This document shows, piece by piece, positions 12,743 to 25,821 of a DNA stretch of 64,000 bases; the first letter of the stretch is position 1, and each line of letters opens with the position of its first letter. Position numbers and translations under genes: made by a program. Source of the stretch: Octopus vulgaris (taxonomy: Eukaryota); NCBI GenBank assembly GCA_951406725.2, contig OX597831.1, forward strand, positions 4,402,001 through 4,466,000. Direction: 5' to 3'. The notes under the pieces are model-generated. The model searched no databases, had not been told where the DNA came from, and saw nothing but the letters and a program-made list of their open reading frames with translations.

Positions 12743-12969
12743 CTTGTTTTAGTTATATTCCTGAGCGCCATACTAATACAATTGTTTGTTTGTATTCCAC
12801 CTGCCTTCGCCTTTTGTTTATTTTCATAAAGCTTCCCCCTATATATATATATATATATGCACCAAATGTCGATTGCTAAAAAGCATTCGTGAAGTAAAGT
12901 CATGTAGCAACACCGAATGGCGGTGCCCCAGCATGGCTACAGCTCGTGAGCTGAAACTAGAATAAAATA

Positions 12970-13019
<50 letters not shown>

Positions 13020-13339
13020 TACACATACAAGGTAGGTGACATAAAATGAGCTAAACAAACATATCAGTTGTTGGCGAGGCTGATCGAACGAAACTACACA
13101 TAAAAAAAAGAAGAAAGTGTTGTCACAGTTATAAAGAGAATTAGGAAAATTGAATAATTTTTTATGTTGTAGGGCCTGGGCTATTGGGAGTAAGTGTATT
13201 TTAACTGGTGGAGTGGGGTGAGTGTGCGTTGGGGGTAGGGTGCAGGAATGATTTTCTGTGAGAAATATCGATCTTTTGATGTTGCTAACATAGTTGCTTT
13301 ATTGTATATGGCTCATAATAAGTAGGCGTGTTTGAAATT

Positions 13340-13481
<142 letters not shown>

Positions 13482-13569
13482 CAGAGAGAGAGAGAATAGT
13501 TGTACAATAATGCACCAATATTTACTAGAAATAGCAGTAGATAATATACGATGCTATAGTAAAGCTTCA

Positions 13570-13642
<73 letters not shown>

Positions 13643-13830
13643 TTAATTATCCTAGTATGGATAATTCGGTTAACCGATACCTGGGTAGCAAATTCACGTC
13701 AGAAAACACGACCGAACCTATATGCCAAGGGCAGGGATCCCGTGTTCTCGTGTGTAAATTTGCGTGTTTTTTTTAACTAAAAATAAATGAAAGAATGGAG
13801 TCGAACGACGATTTTAACAAAATTCTTTTA

Positions 13831-13913
13831 CTCTCGACACATGTTTCGAAGGCTGCATATTCCTAATTCCGAAGGAATAAAGGGTACATTATGCCGCCAT
13901 CTCATCAGGAAAG
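13831..13913 (-). ncRNA. Minimal hammerhead ribozyme (left palindrome arm)
   Basis: Minus strand: ctttc-CTGATGA-GATGGCGGCATA...TATGCAGCCTTC-GAAAC-ATGT-GTC-gagag. Confidence 0.75.
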
Positions 13914-14054
13914 ACAAGGAACTTATGTCAGCACCATGAAGAGCAAAAACTTTTAGATGACTGCCCACATGATGTTCACAGTAATAATGTGAACATCATG
14001 TGGGCAGTCATCTAAAAGGTTTTGCTCTTCATGGTGCTGACATAAGTTCCTTGT

Positions 14055-14137
14055 CTTTCCTGATGAGATGGCGGCATAATGCACCCTTTATTCCTTCGGA
14101 ATTAGGAATATGCAGCCTTCGAAACATGGGTCGAGAG
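14055..14137 (+). ncRNA. Minimal hammerhead ribozyme (right palindrome arm)
   Basis: ctttc-CTGATGA-GATGGCGGCATA...TATGCAGCCTTC-GAAAC-ATGG-GTC-gagag. Confidence 0.72.
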
Positions 14138-14177
14138 TAAAGGAATTTTGTTAAAATCGTCGTTCGACTCCATTCTA

Positions 14178-14209
<32 letters not shown>

Positions 14210-14248
14210 CTGTAAAAATAATATGTGATAATTACTCGGTACCCAAGG

Positions 14249-14305
14249 TAAAACTCTGAGTTTCGGATGCCGAGGTAGAAATCTACACCACCATCTCTTC
14301 AGTTA
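14249..14305 (-). ncRNA. Minimal hammerhead ribozyme
   Basis: Minus strand: taa-CTGAAGA-GATG...CATC-C-GAAAC-TCAGA-GTT-tta. Same family as 6992-7152. Confidence 0.6.
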
Positions 14306-14400
14306 TCTGACCATCTGACATATTATTTTTACAGATAAATTCCTCTATTTTCATAATATTGAGGTCTCCTTCTTTCTTTTGTTATCTTACCGTTTTTACC

Positions 14401-14450
<50 letters not shown>

Positions 14451-14806
14451 CGTTTTCCGTCCCTGTGTTGTATACATTCGAAGCTTTCTTCCAAGGAATC
14501 TAATGCGCTTGGCTTAGATTTCCCTTGGGGCCTGCCCAGATGGGAGCAATCTCAAGATTAATCAGCCGAAATTGCGAAGATGATCCGGTTCTTGACTGAT
14601 GATTGAGGGTTTCGAATGTCCCGTCCGTGTTTTTTGTGTCGTCTTCTAAATGTTTCACGTTCTTGTCCCAGTTTGTATATTTTTTTAACTTTTACATATA
14701 TATATATATATATACTGGCAAAGATGACTGCGGGCGGCGAACATTAAGAAATTTCATCTTACCTGTAGGAAGAATATTAAGTAAATGTACAACCCAGATG
14801 TGGATA

Positions 14807-14880
14807 ATCTAAGGCCTTTATTTCGAATCTTCCAAATCACGTTGTTTAGCGTAAATTTGATTAGTTCTCTTCGGCTAGAT
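14807..14880 (-). ncRNA. Degenerate hammerhead-like motif
   Basis: Minus strand: atctag-CCGAAGA-GAAC...ATTC-GAAAT-AAAG-GCC-ttagat. Stems I and II are retained but the cleavage triplet has decayed. Confidence 0.35.
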
Positions 14881-15142
14881 TCACATAGACAAAATTTTGA
14901 ATGTTGCTACATCAGTGCCAGTATACGTTAACAGAGCGAGACCAGTGAAAAAGTTTTCAAAGAAAAAACTTATTAAATAATGTAATACAGTGGTATTGCT
15001 TCCCAGTAAAACAAAGCACCAATATTGACTTTAAATAGCAGTCGGTAATATAGTAAAACTTCACTGTGTGTATACGCCATGATCATGATAGATCGTTAGC
15101 CACTACACACATTTTTTTCTCTCGTTGTTTTTTTCTGTGCTC

Positions 15143-15178
15143 CTTTCTGTAGAGGAGCGTAGGCTCGAAACGTATAAT
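15143..15178 (+). ncRNA. Minimal hammerhead-like motif, A6U core
   Basis: cttt-CTGTAGA-G-GAGC-gtag-GCTC-GAAAC-GTA; stem I has decayed. Confidence 0.5.
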
Positions 15179-15265
15179 ACTTTTTCTATTCCTGAGCGTT
15201 ATACTAATACATCTGTTTGTTTTGTACACCACCTGTCTTCGCCTTTTGTTTTTTTCGTAAACTCT

Positions 15266-15343
<78 letters not shown>

Positions 15344-15677
15344 TCTCTTTTACTCTTTTACTTGTTTCAGTCATTTAACTGTGGCCATGCTGGAGTCTAG
15401 CAAATCGACTTATTCTTTGTAAGCCTAATACTTATTCTATCGGTCTCTTTTGCCGGACCGCTAAGTTACGGGGATATATACACACCAGCATCGGTTGTCA
15501 AGCGATGTTGGGGAGGCAAACACAGTCACACCAACACAGACACATACACACACACACACACACATACATATATACGACGGGCTTCTTTCAGTTTCCTTCT
15601 ACCTTCCCAAGGTGCCATGCAGTGGGACTGAACCCGGAACCATTGTGGTTGGAAATCAAGCTACTTACCACACAGCC
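15344..15677 (-). mobile_element. SINE family A copy with internal deletions
   Basis: Reverse-complement similarity to 1955-2365. Confidence 0.8.
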
Positions 15678-15805
15678 TCTCCAATATAAACACACAAGCA
15701 AGATAGATTACACACATACACATATAAAATGAATACAGATTAAGTTGTGATGAAGTATTTAACTAAAATCCCTTAACGCAGTTTCTCATCATGTCTGCAG
15801 TAGAA

Positions 15806-16367
15806 TTTTCTACACTAGGCACAAGGCCCGAAAAAAACTGGGGAGGGGGCCAGTCGATTAAATTGATCCCAGTACGCAACTGGTACTTAATTTACAGACT
15901 CCGAAAGGATGAAAGACAAAGTCGACCTCAGCGGAATTTGAACTCTCGACGTAAAGACAGACGAAATACCTATTTCTTTACTGCCCACAAGGGCCTACAC
16001 GCAGAGGGGACAAACAAGGACAGACAAACGGATTAAGTCGATTATATCGACCCCAGTGCGTAACTGGCACTTAATTTATAGACTCCGAAAGGATGAAAGA
16101 CAAAGTCGACCTCAGCGGAATTTGAACTCAGGGCGTAAAAACAGACGAAATACCTATTTCTTTATTACCCACAAAGAGCTAAACACAGAGGGGACAAACA
16201 AGGACAGACATAGGTATTAAGTCGATTACATCGACCCCATTGCGTAACTGGTACTTAATTTATCGACCCCAAAAGGATGAAAGGCAAAGTCGACTTCGGC
16301 GGAATTTGAACTCACAACGTAACGCAGACGAAATACCGCTAAGTATTCCGCCTGCCAGCTCGCCGCA
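15806..16367 (-). mobile_element. SINE family C with tandemly triplicated 184-bp internal module
   Basis: CCGAAAGGATGAAAG(A/G)CAAAGTCGAC recurs at about 15901, 16085 and 16269; SINE head at the right end. Confidence 0.85.
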
Positions 16368-16758
16368 TTAGAATGCTGGAGATTAAGGTATCATAATCTA
16401 GAATTTTTCAGACCAATTATCTGCAAATTGTCCTCCACATGATTAGAAAATACTCACTGAAGTGAGTTCAATTCCAGCACACTTCAGCAGACCAAACTCT
16501 AGTCCTGGGGCTAGTCTTAGTTCAAGTTTTCATATCACGGTTGGACGAAGAAACAACCCCCATCACATGAAACCCATCACATAGTAGGTAAAACCCATCA
16601 CCTCCACTAGTTGTTTCTGACCCCGAACTTACGAGAAATAGCAACCAAACACACACAACACACACGCACACGCACACACACATACACACATACCCACACA
16701 TACACACATACACACACATACTCGCGCACTCATATACACACACGCTCTTGCACGAACG

Positions 16759-16813
<55 letters not shown>

Positions 16814-17267
16814 GTGCAGGCAGAAGTTAACCTAGAAGTGATGTTTTATGGGATGGCAGGATGTGACTCGATCTCACGCATCGCCGTTAACGCCCAGATG
16901 GCTTTTATTCCCGTAATCAAACACACACAGACATACAGACATATATATATACACACTGCTACCTATTAATAATAGCATTTTCTTACAAACATGAAGGTAT
17001 TAAATGAAGTATATGACACCAGATGGTGCGTTATATTTAACGTACTACAAAATGTAGAACTGGATATATATAAAAACATACACATTTATGCACATACACA
17101 CACATACACACACATATGCGTTTAGCTGTATGTGTATATATATGTAGATAGGTAGGTATATATATGAGATACCTGAAATGAAACGAGGTACAGATATACG
17201 TACTCCACATATATATTTTATCTGTATATTGAGCAATGTGGATTGAAGAGATGTGTAGGTAAATCAT

Positions 17268-17686
17268 ACAGGAGTGGCTGTGTGTTAAGTAGCTTGCTAA
17301 CCAACCACATGGTTCCGGGTTCAGTCCCACTGCGTGGCATCTTGGGCAAGTGTCTTCTGCTATAGCCTCTCGCCGACCAATGCCTTGTGAGTGGATTTGG
17401 TAGACGGAAACTGAAAGAAGCCTGTCGTATATATGTAAATGTATATGTGTATGTGTGTGTGTATGTGTTTGTGTGTCTGTGTTTGTCTCCCTAGCATTGC
17501 TTGACAACCGATGCTGGTGTGTTTACGTCCCCGTCACTTAGCGGTTCGGCAAAAGGGACCGATAGAATAAGTACTGGGCTTACAAAAGAATAAGTCCCGG
17601 GGTCGATTTGCTCGACTAAAAGGCGGTGCTCCAGCATGGCCGCAGTCAAATGACTGAAACAAGTAAAGAGTAAAAGAGTAAAGAGT
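17268..17686 (+). mobile_element. SINE family A, full length
   Basis: Near-identical to 1955-2365. Confidence 0.9.
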
Positions 17687-17882
17687 ATGTATACAACGTC
17701 ATCATCAGCAGGGCAAAAGCAGGGAGCTGGACGATGTTCACTGGTGTTTAACATACTAGTTTTACCACAGATTGGAGTAAACTCCATGGAATCTGCACGA
17801 TCGTGTCATTTGTAAACAAATCAACATCGGTTGTCAAATGGTGGCGGTAGTGGTAAGACATCCACAAAGACACGTACACACG

Positions 17883-17922
<40 letters not shown>

Positions 17923-17927
<5 letters not shown>

Positions 17928-18293
17928 CATAAGGGGCATCAGCCATCTGAATGTGGCTAGGGACAGGGCAGGGTGGTGGGGGTGTTACTGATACATTTAG
18001 CCCCAGGCGATCATCGACGTCACCAGGAGGGCTGACACCATCTCGGTGTCCTCTAGCCTGCGAAGGGAGATCATTCCCCGAAGATACGGATACTACATAC
18101 GGACCAGGTTTCGAGGTATTTGCTTCTTATCAACGCATGGTAAGCACCGTTCTCCGACGAATAACTCTCTCTACAGGCCATATATATAAGGATTTTCACA
18201 GTAAACACAGTCACTGATGTAGAAAAACCGTACGAAAACAATAATAAATCTCTAAACGAGATATAAACAGTAACTGCTCTATAACATAAGGGG

Positions 18294-18298
<5 letters not shown>
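17923..18298 (-). mobile_element. Retrozyme-like unit: 357-bp monomer with 19-bp terminal direct repeat and hammerhead
   Basis: TATAACATAAGGGGCATCA at 17923-17941 and 18280-18298; both flanks are (TA)n; HHR at 18096-18139. Confidence 0.6.
18096..18139 (-). ncRNA. Type I hammerhead ribozyme, U3-A8 core variant
   Basis: Minus strand: catgcg-TTGATAA-GAAGC/aaat/ACCTC-GAAAC-CTG-GTC^cgtatg. Stem I 6 bp and extendable; stem II has mismatches. Confidence 0.7.
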
Positions 18299-18358
<60 letters not shown>

Positions 18359-18371
18359 TATATACATATAC

Positions 18372-18488
<117 letters not shown>

Positions 18489-18545
18489 TATGTATATCTA
18501 TGTATATATAGATATGTATATATATATATATATGTGTGTGTGTGT

Positions 18546-18832
18546 GGAGGCGCAATGGTCCAGTGTCTAGGGCAGCGGACTCGCGGTCGTAGGATCGTGG
18601 TTTCGATTCCCAGACCGGACGTTGTGAGTGTTTATTGAGCGAAAACACCTAAAAGCTCCACGAGGCTCCGGCAGGGGGTGGTGATCCCTGCTGTACTCTT
18701 TTACCACTCTTTCTCTCGCCACTCTTTCTTCTGTTGGCCTGCTCGCTTAGCCAGCGGGGTGGCGTCATTTAAAGGCTAAAACAATGCGAACGCATTGTGA
18801 CCAGCGATGTATAACAGCATCCGATGGTCTGG

Positions 18833-18835
<3 letters not shown>
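18546..18835 (+). mobile_element. SINE with family B head and an alternative 3' tail
   Basis: The first ~170 bp match family B; the tail (GTTGGCCTGCTCGCTTAGCC...) differs. Confidence 0.75.
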
Positions 18836-18867
<32 letters not shown>

Positions 18868-19089
18868 GGCGTGATTCTTTCAGTTTTCATCCACCTAATT
18901 CACTTACAAATCCACTCACTCGTCTCGAGGCTATTGTAGAAGACACTAGTCCATGGTGTCACACAGTAGAACTGAACCCGGGGCTATATCACTGGATTTG
19001 GGAAGCAAACGTTTTACCACACAGCCAACTCACCGCATACACAATCTCATTTGGAATGTTTTCTTGAGAGAGAGTCTTAAACGAAAAAC

Positions 19090-19635
19090 GTACATACGTT
19101 CATACATCCATCCATCCGTCCATACATGCATGCATACATACATGCAAACATACCTACATGCATACATACATTCATACATACATATATACATGCATACATA
19201 CATGCATACATACATACATACATGCATACATACATGCATACATACATGCATGCATACATACATAGTACATACATGCATACATACATGCTTGTATACCTAC
19301 GCACATACATCCATCCATACATACATACGTACATACATGCATACATAATACATGCGTGCATACATGCATACATATGTACATAATACATGCATGCATTCAT
19401 AATACATGCATGCATACATGTGTAGATGCATACGTACGTACATACATACACACATGCATGCATACATGCATACATACATGCAGACATACATACATACATG
19501 TATATATATATATGTATGCATGCATACAAGCATACATCCATCCATCCATCCATCCATCCATACATATACATACATGCACATATGCATATATTTACATGCA
19601 CATATACATACACACACACACCTGTACTCACACAC
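19090..19635. repeat. (CATA)n/(CATG)n compound microsatellite
   Basis: Direct reading. Confidence 0.9.
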
Positions 19636-19689
19636 AGAATAACAAGATGTATTTAGATCTGTTTTATGTTTGAATGCAAAGGATATAAA

Positions 19690-20495
19690 AATTGTAGTTT
19701 AACTCTTCAAAATTTTTTTTCAACTAAAGTACTGTAATTAAAATCCGTACTTCAACAGGTGTGTGATTAAGTATAATTATCAAAAACGCTTTATTACTCT
19801 AATAACAGTACTTAGTTAAAGTACGGATATTAAAGACTATACTTTTACAGCTGTGTTATTAGAATTATAAATGGACGCGCAATGGCCCAGTGGTTAGGGC
19901 AGCGGACTCGCGGTCATAGCATCGCGGTTTCGATTCCCAGACCGGGCGTTGTGAGTGTTTATTGAGCGAAAACACCTAAATCTCCACGAGGCTCCAGCAG
20001 CGGATGGTGGTGATCCCTGCTGTACTCTTTCACCACAACTTTCTCTCACTCTTACTTCCTGTCTCTGTTGTACCTGTATTTCAAAGGGCCGGCCTTGTCA
20101 CTCTCTGTGTCACGCTGAATATCCCCGAGAACTACGTTAAGGGTACACGTGTCTGTGGAGTGCTCAGCCACTTACTCGTTAATTTCACGAGCAGGCTGTT
20201 CCGTTGATTCGGGTTCAACCGGAACCCTCATCGTCGTAACCGACGGAGTGCTTCCACTATTAGAATTATAGTTTTAATTAAAGTGCAACTAAAGTACAGT
20301 CTTAAAATTGTAGTTTTAATATTGTGTGATCAAAGTACAATTTTTAAAGTCTTTTTGTAGCAAACCTGTAACTGATATATTTTTAAAACCCATATTTTAC
20401 TGCGTGATTAAAGTACATTTTAAAAAACCTGTACTTTAACTGTGTAAGGTATTACTTTATAAGTCTGTGGTTTAACCTCCGCTTTAACTAATGTG
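19690..20495. repeat. Degenerate AT-rich minisatellite interrupted by a SINE
   Basis: Recurring GTGTGATTAAAGTACA / TGTAGTTTTAA motifs on both sides of the SINE at 19873. Confidence 0.5.
19873..20257 (+). mobile_element. tRNA-derived SINE family B, full length with 13-bp TSD
   Basis: A-box TGGCCCAGTGG, B-box GTTTCGATTCC; TSD TATTAGAATTATA at 19857-19869 and 20258-20270. Confidence 0.92.
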
Positions 20496-20539
20496 GAATT
20501 TCTAAAATCTGGTTTTACTATTATGTAACGAAAGTAAAG

Positions 20540-21736
20540 GGTAAAGTCACCTTTCGGTCATGAATGACTATGGGATTGCACCTAGAAAGTTCCCTTCCAT
20601 GGCACAAGTCCGGCGTGAGTTTCTACGCCACCTCAACATTCACCAAAATCAGGCTGTTCCCACCCATAACAAAATCTTACGTTGGGTGAATGCACTTCGT
20701 ACACCATGTACACTAATGAATAGGAGACCAATGGGGGCGCCACGAACGATACGGGCCCCGGAAAATGTGGAACGAGTCAGACAAACTTTGATACGGAGTC
20801 AGAATTGCTCTGCTCCGAGGAATTCCACTGACCTTGGCATCGGTAATCGATCGGCAAGGCGTATTTTGTATGAAGACCTGCATTTCCACCCGTACAAATT
20901 GGTCATTGGGCCACAGTTGAAACCATGGGACTATGCACAGCGGCTTAGCTTCGCAAGTCAGATGGAAGCAATTTTTGAGGCATATGACAACCTCATTTTG
21001 TTAATAAGCTATTTTCATCTCAATAGCATAGTGACTCATAAGAACTGTCGTTACTGGGCTCTTGAAAATCCGAGAGACCTGCAAGAAAGACCACTGCTCA
21101 GCCGCCCAAAAGTGACGGTCTGGTGTGCTGTTGGAAAAAACTGCCGTCATTGGTCCTTAATTTTTTGAAGACAATAATGGAAATGCTGTTACTGTGAACT
21201 CCGAGCGTTACGTCGAAATGGTAAACAACTTCTTTGTGCTTGAACTACGCCGAAAACATATGCCTATTTGACGTACGTAGTTTCAGCAGGATGGGGTGAC
21301 GGCCCACACAGCCAAAGCATCAATGGACGTTCTTCGCCCTCTCTTCGTTGATCGCCTCATTTCCAGATTTGCTGACATTCCTTCTCCCCACCCCTAGGTC
21401 CCCTGATTTGTCAATAGGTGTTTATTTCTTGTGGGGAAACCTCAAGGTACGTATGTATGCGCATAAGGCCCGTACATGGGACGATTTGAAGGAAGCTAAC
21501 CGCTGGGGAGTCGCCCAAATCGACAGCAATGCTGGAGAAAGTGGAAGCCAATTGCCAAAAACGCCTTCAGAGATGTATCAATGAAAACGGACACCACCTG
21601 TTAGATGTCTTCTCCTCTTAATTTTGACAAGTGCTAATTGAGTACGAACACATCGATATCAAAAAAATTTGTTTGTAGCTAAAATTAATGATTTTGTGAA
21701 TGTTTCAAAAACGCCCGTCCTCTCTGCTCCACCCTG
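20540..21736 (+). mobile_element. Tc1/mariner-superfamily transposon, transposase pseudogene (probably DD41D type)
   Basis: ORF 20560-21168 (HTH, LHFHPYK, KVTVWCAV), then frameshifted FQQDGVTAHTA and PRSPDLSI..YFLWGNLK; 3' terminus CACCCTG|TA. Confidence 0.88.
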
Positions 21737-21919
21737 TACAATAGCTCTGCTCGACTGAAACAACAAACCTTGCTCCACCGCCGTCGCCTACTTCCTCACT
21801 TCTCGTCCCATATGTTGCGTTCAGCACCCCTAGATCGTCCTCCTCTAACCGTCATGTCCCTAGTTATTCCCCACCCCACTTTACCCACATCTCGTAGTTA
21901 TCAACTTGAAATATTTAAC

Positions 21920-22160
21920 TGGGCCGAGCTGGCACAATCGCTCCCGCACCGGACGAAAAGCTTAGCGGCGAGCTGGCAGAATCGTTAGCACGCCGGGCGA
22001 AATGCTTAGCGGTATTTCGTCTGCTGTCGCGTTCTGAGTTCAAATTCCGTCGAGGTCGACTTTGCTTTTCATCCTTTCAGGGACGATAAAATAAGAACAA
22101 GTTGAACACAGGAGCCGATGTCATAAACTTACTCACTTCACTTCCCCGAAATCTCTAGCC
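21920..22160 (+). mobile_element. SINE family C with duplicated head
   Basis: GAGCTGGCA(C/G)AATCG occurs twice, followed by GAGTTCAAATTCCG..GAGGTCGACTTTGC. Confidence 0.8.
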
Positions 22161-22424
22161 ATGTGGCAAATGACATACACCATGACGGCTAAACAGAGTT
22201 CCGGTTTCGGTTCCTGGGCCGGAGGATACGTTGTGTTCCTGTGTAAAGACACTTCGTTTCAGTTGACGTTGAACCGATCCACTCAGCTGACAGCAGTGAG
22301 TAATCCGGCGACGGACTGGCGCCTTGTGCGGGAGGAGGAGGAGGAGGAGGAGGGGGAGGGGTAATATACGGAAATCCAGGCTTATGAGCCTATGTCTCTG
22401 GAAGACCCTTTCACACTTTGTACA

Positions 22425-22459
<35 letters not shown>

Positions 22460-22760
22460 GTATGTGTATGAGAGAGAGAGAGAAAGAGAGAGGGAGAGGC
22501 AGTTACAAGGATGTAACCATTGAAAAGACACTTGCATGCATAAAGATTGACTATACGTATGCGAATGCTATGATCACTCATATATATAATAGTCACACAC
22601 ACACACACGCACGCGCGCACACACACATACACATGCGCACGCGCACACACACACACATACACACACGCACATAGCGCATATAATTTTTCCTGTGGCGGTT
22701 AGGATATTTAACCTCAAGGAGAGACGGGGTGACGGTAGAGAGAAAATTACATATGAACTG

Positions 22761-22795
<35 letters not shown>

Positions 22796-22803
22796 GTATA
22801 TAT

Positions 22804-22857
<54 letters not shown>

Positions 22858-23099
22858 ATATATATATATATATACATATATATTTATTTATTATACATAT
22901 AAATATATAGTATATATACATTTAGATATATACATATACATGAACACATACACAAACACACATAATACATACGTGTGTGTGTGTGTGTTAGTGTCTGTGT
23001 GCGCATGTGGGAGAGAGGCCATTATGAGAATAGATATGTATATATATATATATGTATATGCATGTATATATATATATGCATATATATATATACATATAC

Positions 23100-23197
<98 letters not shown>

Positions 23198-23587
23198 GTG
23201 AGTATGCACACTCATAAAAACGCACACACACACGCGCACACACACACACACACACGCTGCAAAAAGAAAAGCAAAGTGCTAAAAAAGAACAAACGACCCA
23301 AAAGAAATAAAAAAAAAGGAAAGGACCACGTCCTTCCCCTACACACGCTGTGTCACATGTAGACAAGATTTGTGAGTTATTAGTTGGATATCACATGAAG
23401 TATTATGGATACACGAGAACATCTCAAGTAAAAGAACATTTTACAGTTAATATGGACGAAAAGTTGGTGAAACTATGGCGGACAAATGATTTGTAACTGC
23501 AAGTATGAGAGGTGGCTGTAAGTAAGGTGGTGACAGTAGAGGTGGTGGTTATTGTAGTGGTGGTCTTGTGTGTATGTGCATAATATG

Positions 23588-23622
<35 letters not shown>

Positions 23623-23671
23623 ATGTGTGTGAGTGCCTATGTATATATGCGTATATATGTATATCTATCTA

Positions 23672-23738
<67 letters not shown>

Positions 23739-23924
23739 CTCTCTCTATCTCTTTATCTATCTGTCTGCATGTATGTATGTCTGTCACATTCCATTTTATG
23801 TGTGCTTGTGTGTTTGTGTGTGTGTGTGTGCGCGCGTGTGTATGTGTGTATGTATATGTATGATGTATGTGTATTCATGCATATATAAATATGTATACAC
23901 TTGCACATACATGCATGCATACAT

Positions 23925-23985
<61 letters not shown>

Positions 23986-24376
23986 AACCCACTCACTTAC
24001 ACACACACACACATATATATATGTATATATACAGTTTCTCCATATTTTCTGATACTGTTGTTAAACGACACAGCTATATAGGAATACACACGTACACACA
24101 CTTAATCTCACATACATACACACAAATATTCACACACACTCACACACGCATATGCAAACACACACACGTTTCCGCTGTGCTAACGTTTTGCCTTAGAGCA
24201 ATAAAGGCCTAGGTGTGTACAGATTGTCCTTTTGGTTATAAAACAAAAATATTTGACCAGCTCAGCGTTGCCTGTTGAGGAAGCGACCATCCTTGCTGCT
24301 CGGATTGCTGGACAAAAGGTTAGGTCTGAAATAATAAAGAACCAGCAGAGATGGAACACTTTTCTATATTAAACGA

Positions 24377-24451
<75 letters not shown>

Positions 24452-24913
24452 TACACACGCGCTCGTGCGCACACACATACATGTAAATACATTCATATTC
24501 TTAAACACTCATATACAAACGTACACAGTTCTCCGATATTTAGATTGTTTGTGTGTGTGTGTGTGTGTATGTGTGTGTGTGTGTATGTGTGTATGTGTGT
24601 GTACGTGTGTGTATGTGTGTGTGTGTTTATACACACGTTCTGAACCATTCATATTTACACATGCATACATAGGCATGCACACAAATACATCACAAACACA
24701 CACAAACACACACACACACACACACTCGTGTACTTGCGTTCAATATGTCCTCACAAGCATATTTCAATTCGTGTGAATGAACACTAATTTTTTAGAAAGC
24801 CCCTCCCTTTCTCTCTGTCTATAAGTTATTTGTCTGTGTGTGTGCGTGTGCGTATGCATGTGTGTTGGTGTGTATCTATGCACGTGCGCTTGACTGTGTG
24901 ACGCCGTCCTCGT

Positions 24914-25243
24914 CGCTGTGTGGTAACAAGTTCCATTCCAAACCACATGGTTTCGGACTCGGTCCCACTGTGTGACACTTACAAGTGCCTTCTACGATGG
25001 CTTTGAACCGAATAAACGCTTCAGGTGGATTTGGAAGACGGAAACAGAAAGAAGCCCGTCAGGGTACCTCAGAAAAATGTCTTCTATTATAGCCACGGGA
25101 CTACCAAAGACTTGGGAGAGGATTTGGTAGAGGGAAACTGAAAGAAGCCTGTCAGGTGACCTCAGGAAAAGGTTTTCTGTTATAGCCACGGGCCTACCAA
25201 AGAGGATTTGGATTTGGCTGAGGGAAACTGAAAGAAACTCGTC

Positions 25244-25244
<1 letters not shown>
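24914..25244 (+). mobile_element. SINE family A head with triplicated internal module
   Basis: Three successive GGATTTGG...GGAAAC(T/A)GAAAGAA..CGTC blocks follow one head. Confidence 0.7.
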
Positions 25245-25292
<48 letters not shown>

Positions 25293-25626
25293 TATATGTG
25301 TGTATATACATATATTTTATATGTATATATATATATTTATATGTACGCATATATATATATATATATATATGCATATGTGTATGTATATATATATATGTAT
25401 ATATATATATAGACATACACTTAAAAGCATACACACACATATATATATATGTATGTATATTTATGTGTGTGTCTAAAAGAATCTATCTATCTATGTATGT
25501 ATCTATCTACCTACCTATGTATCTATAAGAATGTATGTATATGTAGTATCTATATGTGTCTGTAGGTATATATATATATGTGTATATATATGTATTTATA
25601 CATATATTTACATATACATGTATATA

Positions 25627-25707
<81 letters not shown>

Positions 25708-25737
25708 TATATATAATAAAAGGATGTCCAGAGGTAA

Positions 25738-25821
25738 TGCAGTACGATCGTTTCATGACACTCTAATTGAACAATGCAAATATTAGATCAGTTGTAAAAT
25801 GTAGAGCGATCTTCAGCTGCA
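25738..25821 (-). ncRNA. Minimal hammerhead ribozyme
   Basis: Minus strand: tgcag-CTGAAGA-...-GAAAC-GATC-GTA-ctgca; the base of stem II is partly decayed. Confidence 0.65.

Larger units (their letters stand above)
13792..14176. repeat. Near-perfect palindrome, 189-bp arms with 7-nt loop
   Basis: 13792-13980 is the reverse complement of 13988-14176 with only a few mismatches; loop GTAATAA. Confidence 0.95.

Noticed and set aside
19873-19950. tRNA-like sequences with A and B boxes (also heads of other SINE copies)
   Set aside because: They continue into SINE bodies with tails and TSDs and do not form a complete cloverleaf, so they are not tRNA genes.
20004-20207. Recurrent 67-aa ORF MVVIPAVLFHHNF... 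(also 42757, 45217, 46236)
   Set aside because: It recurs only because it lies inside SINE family B.
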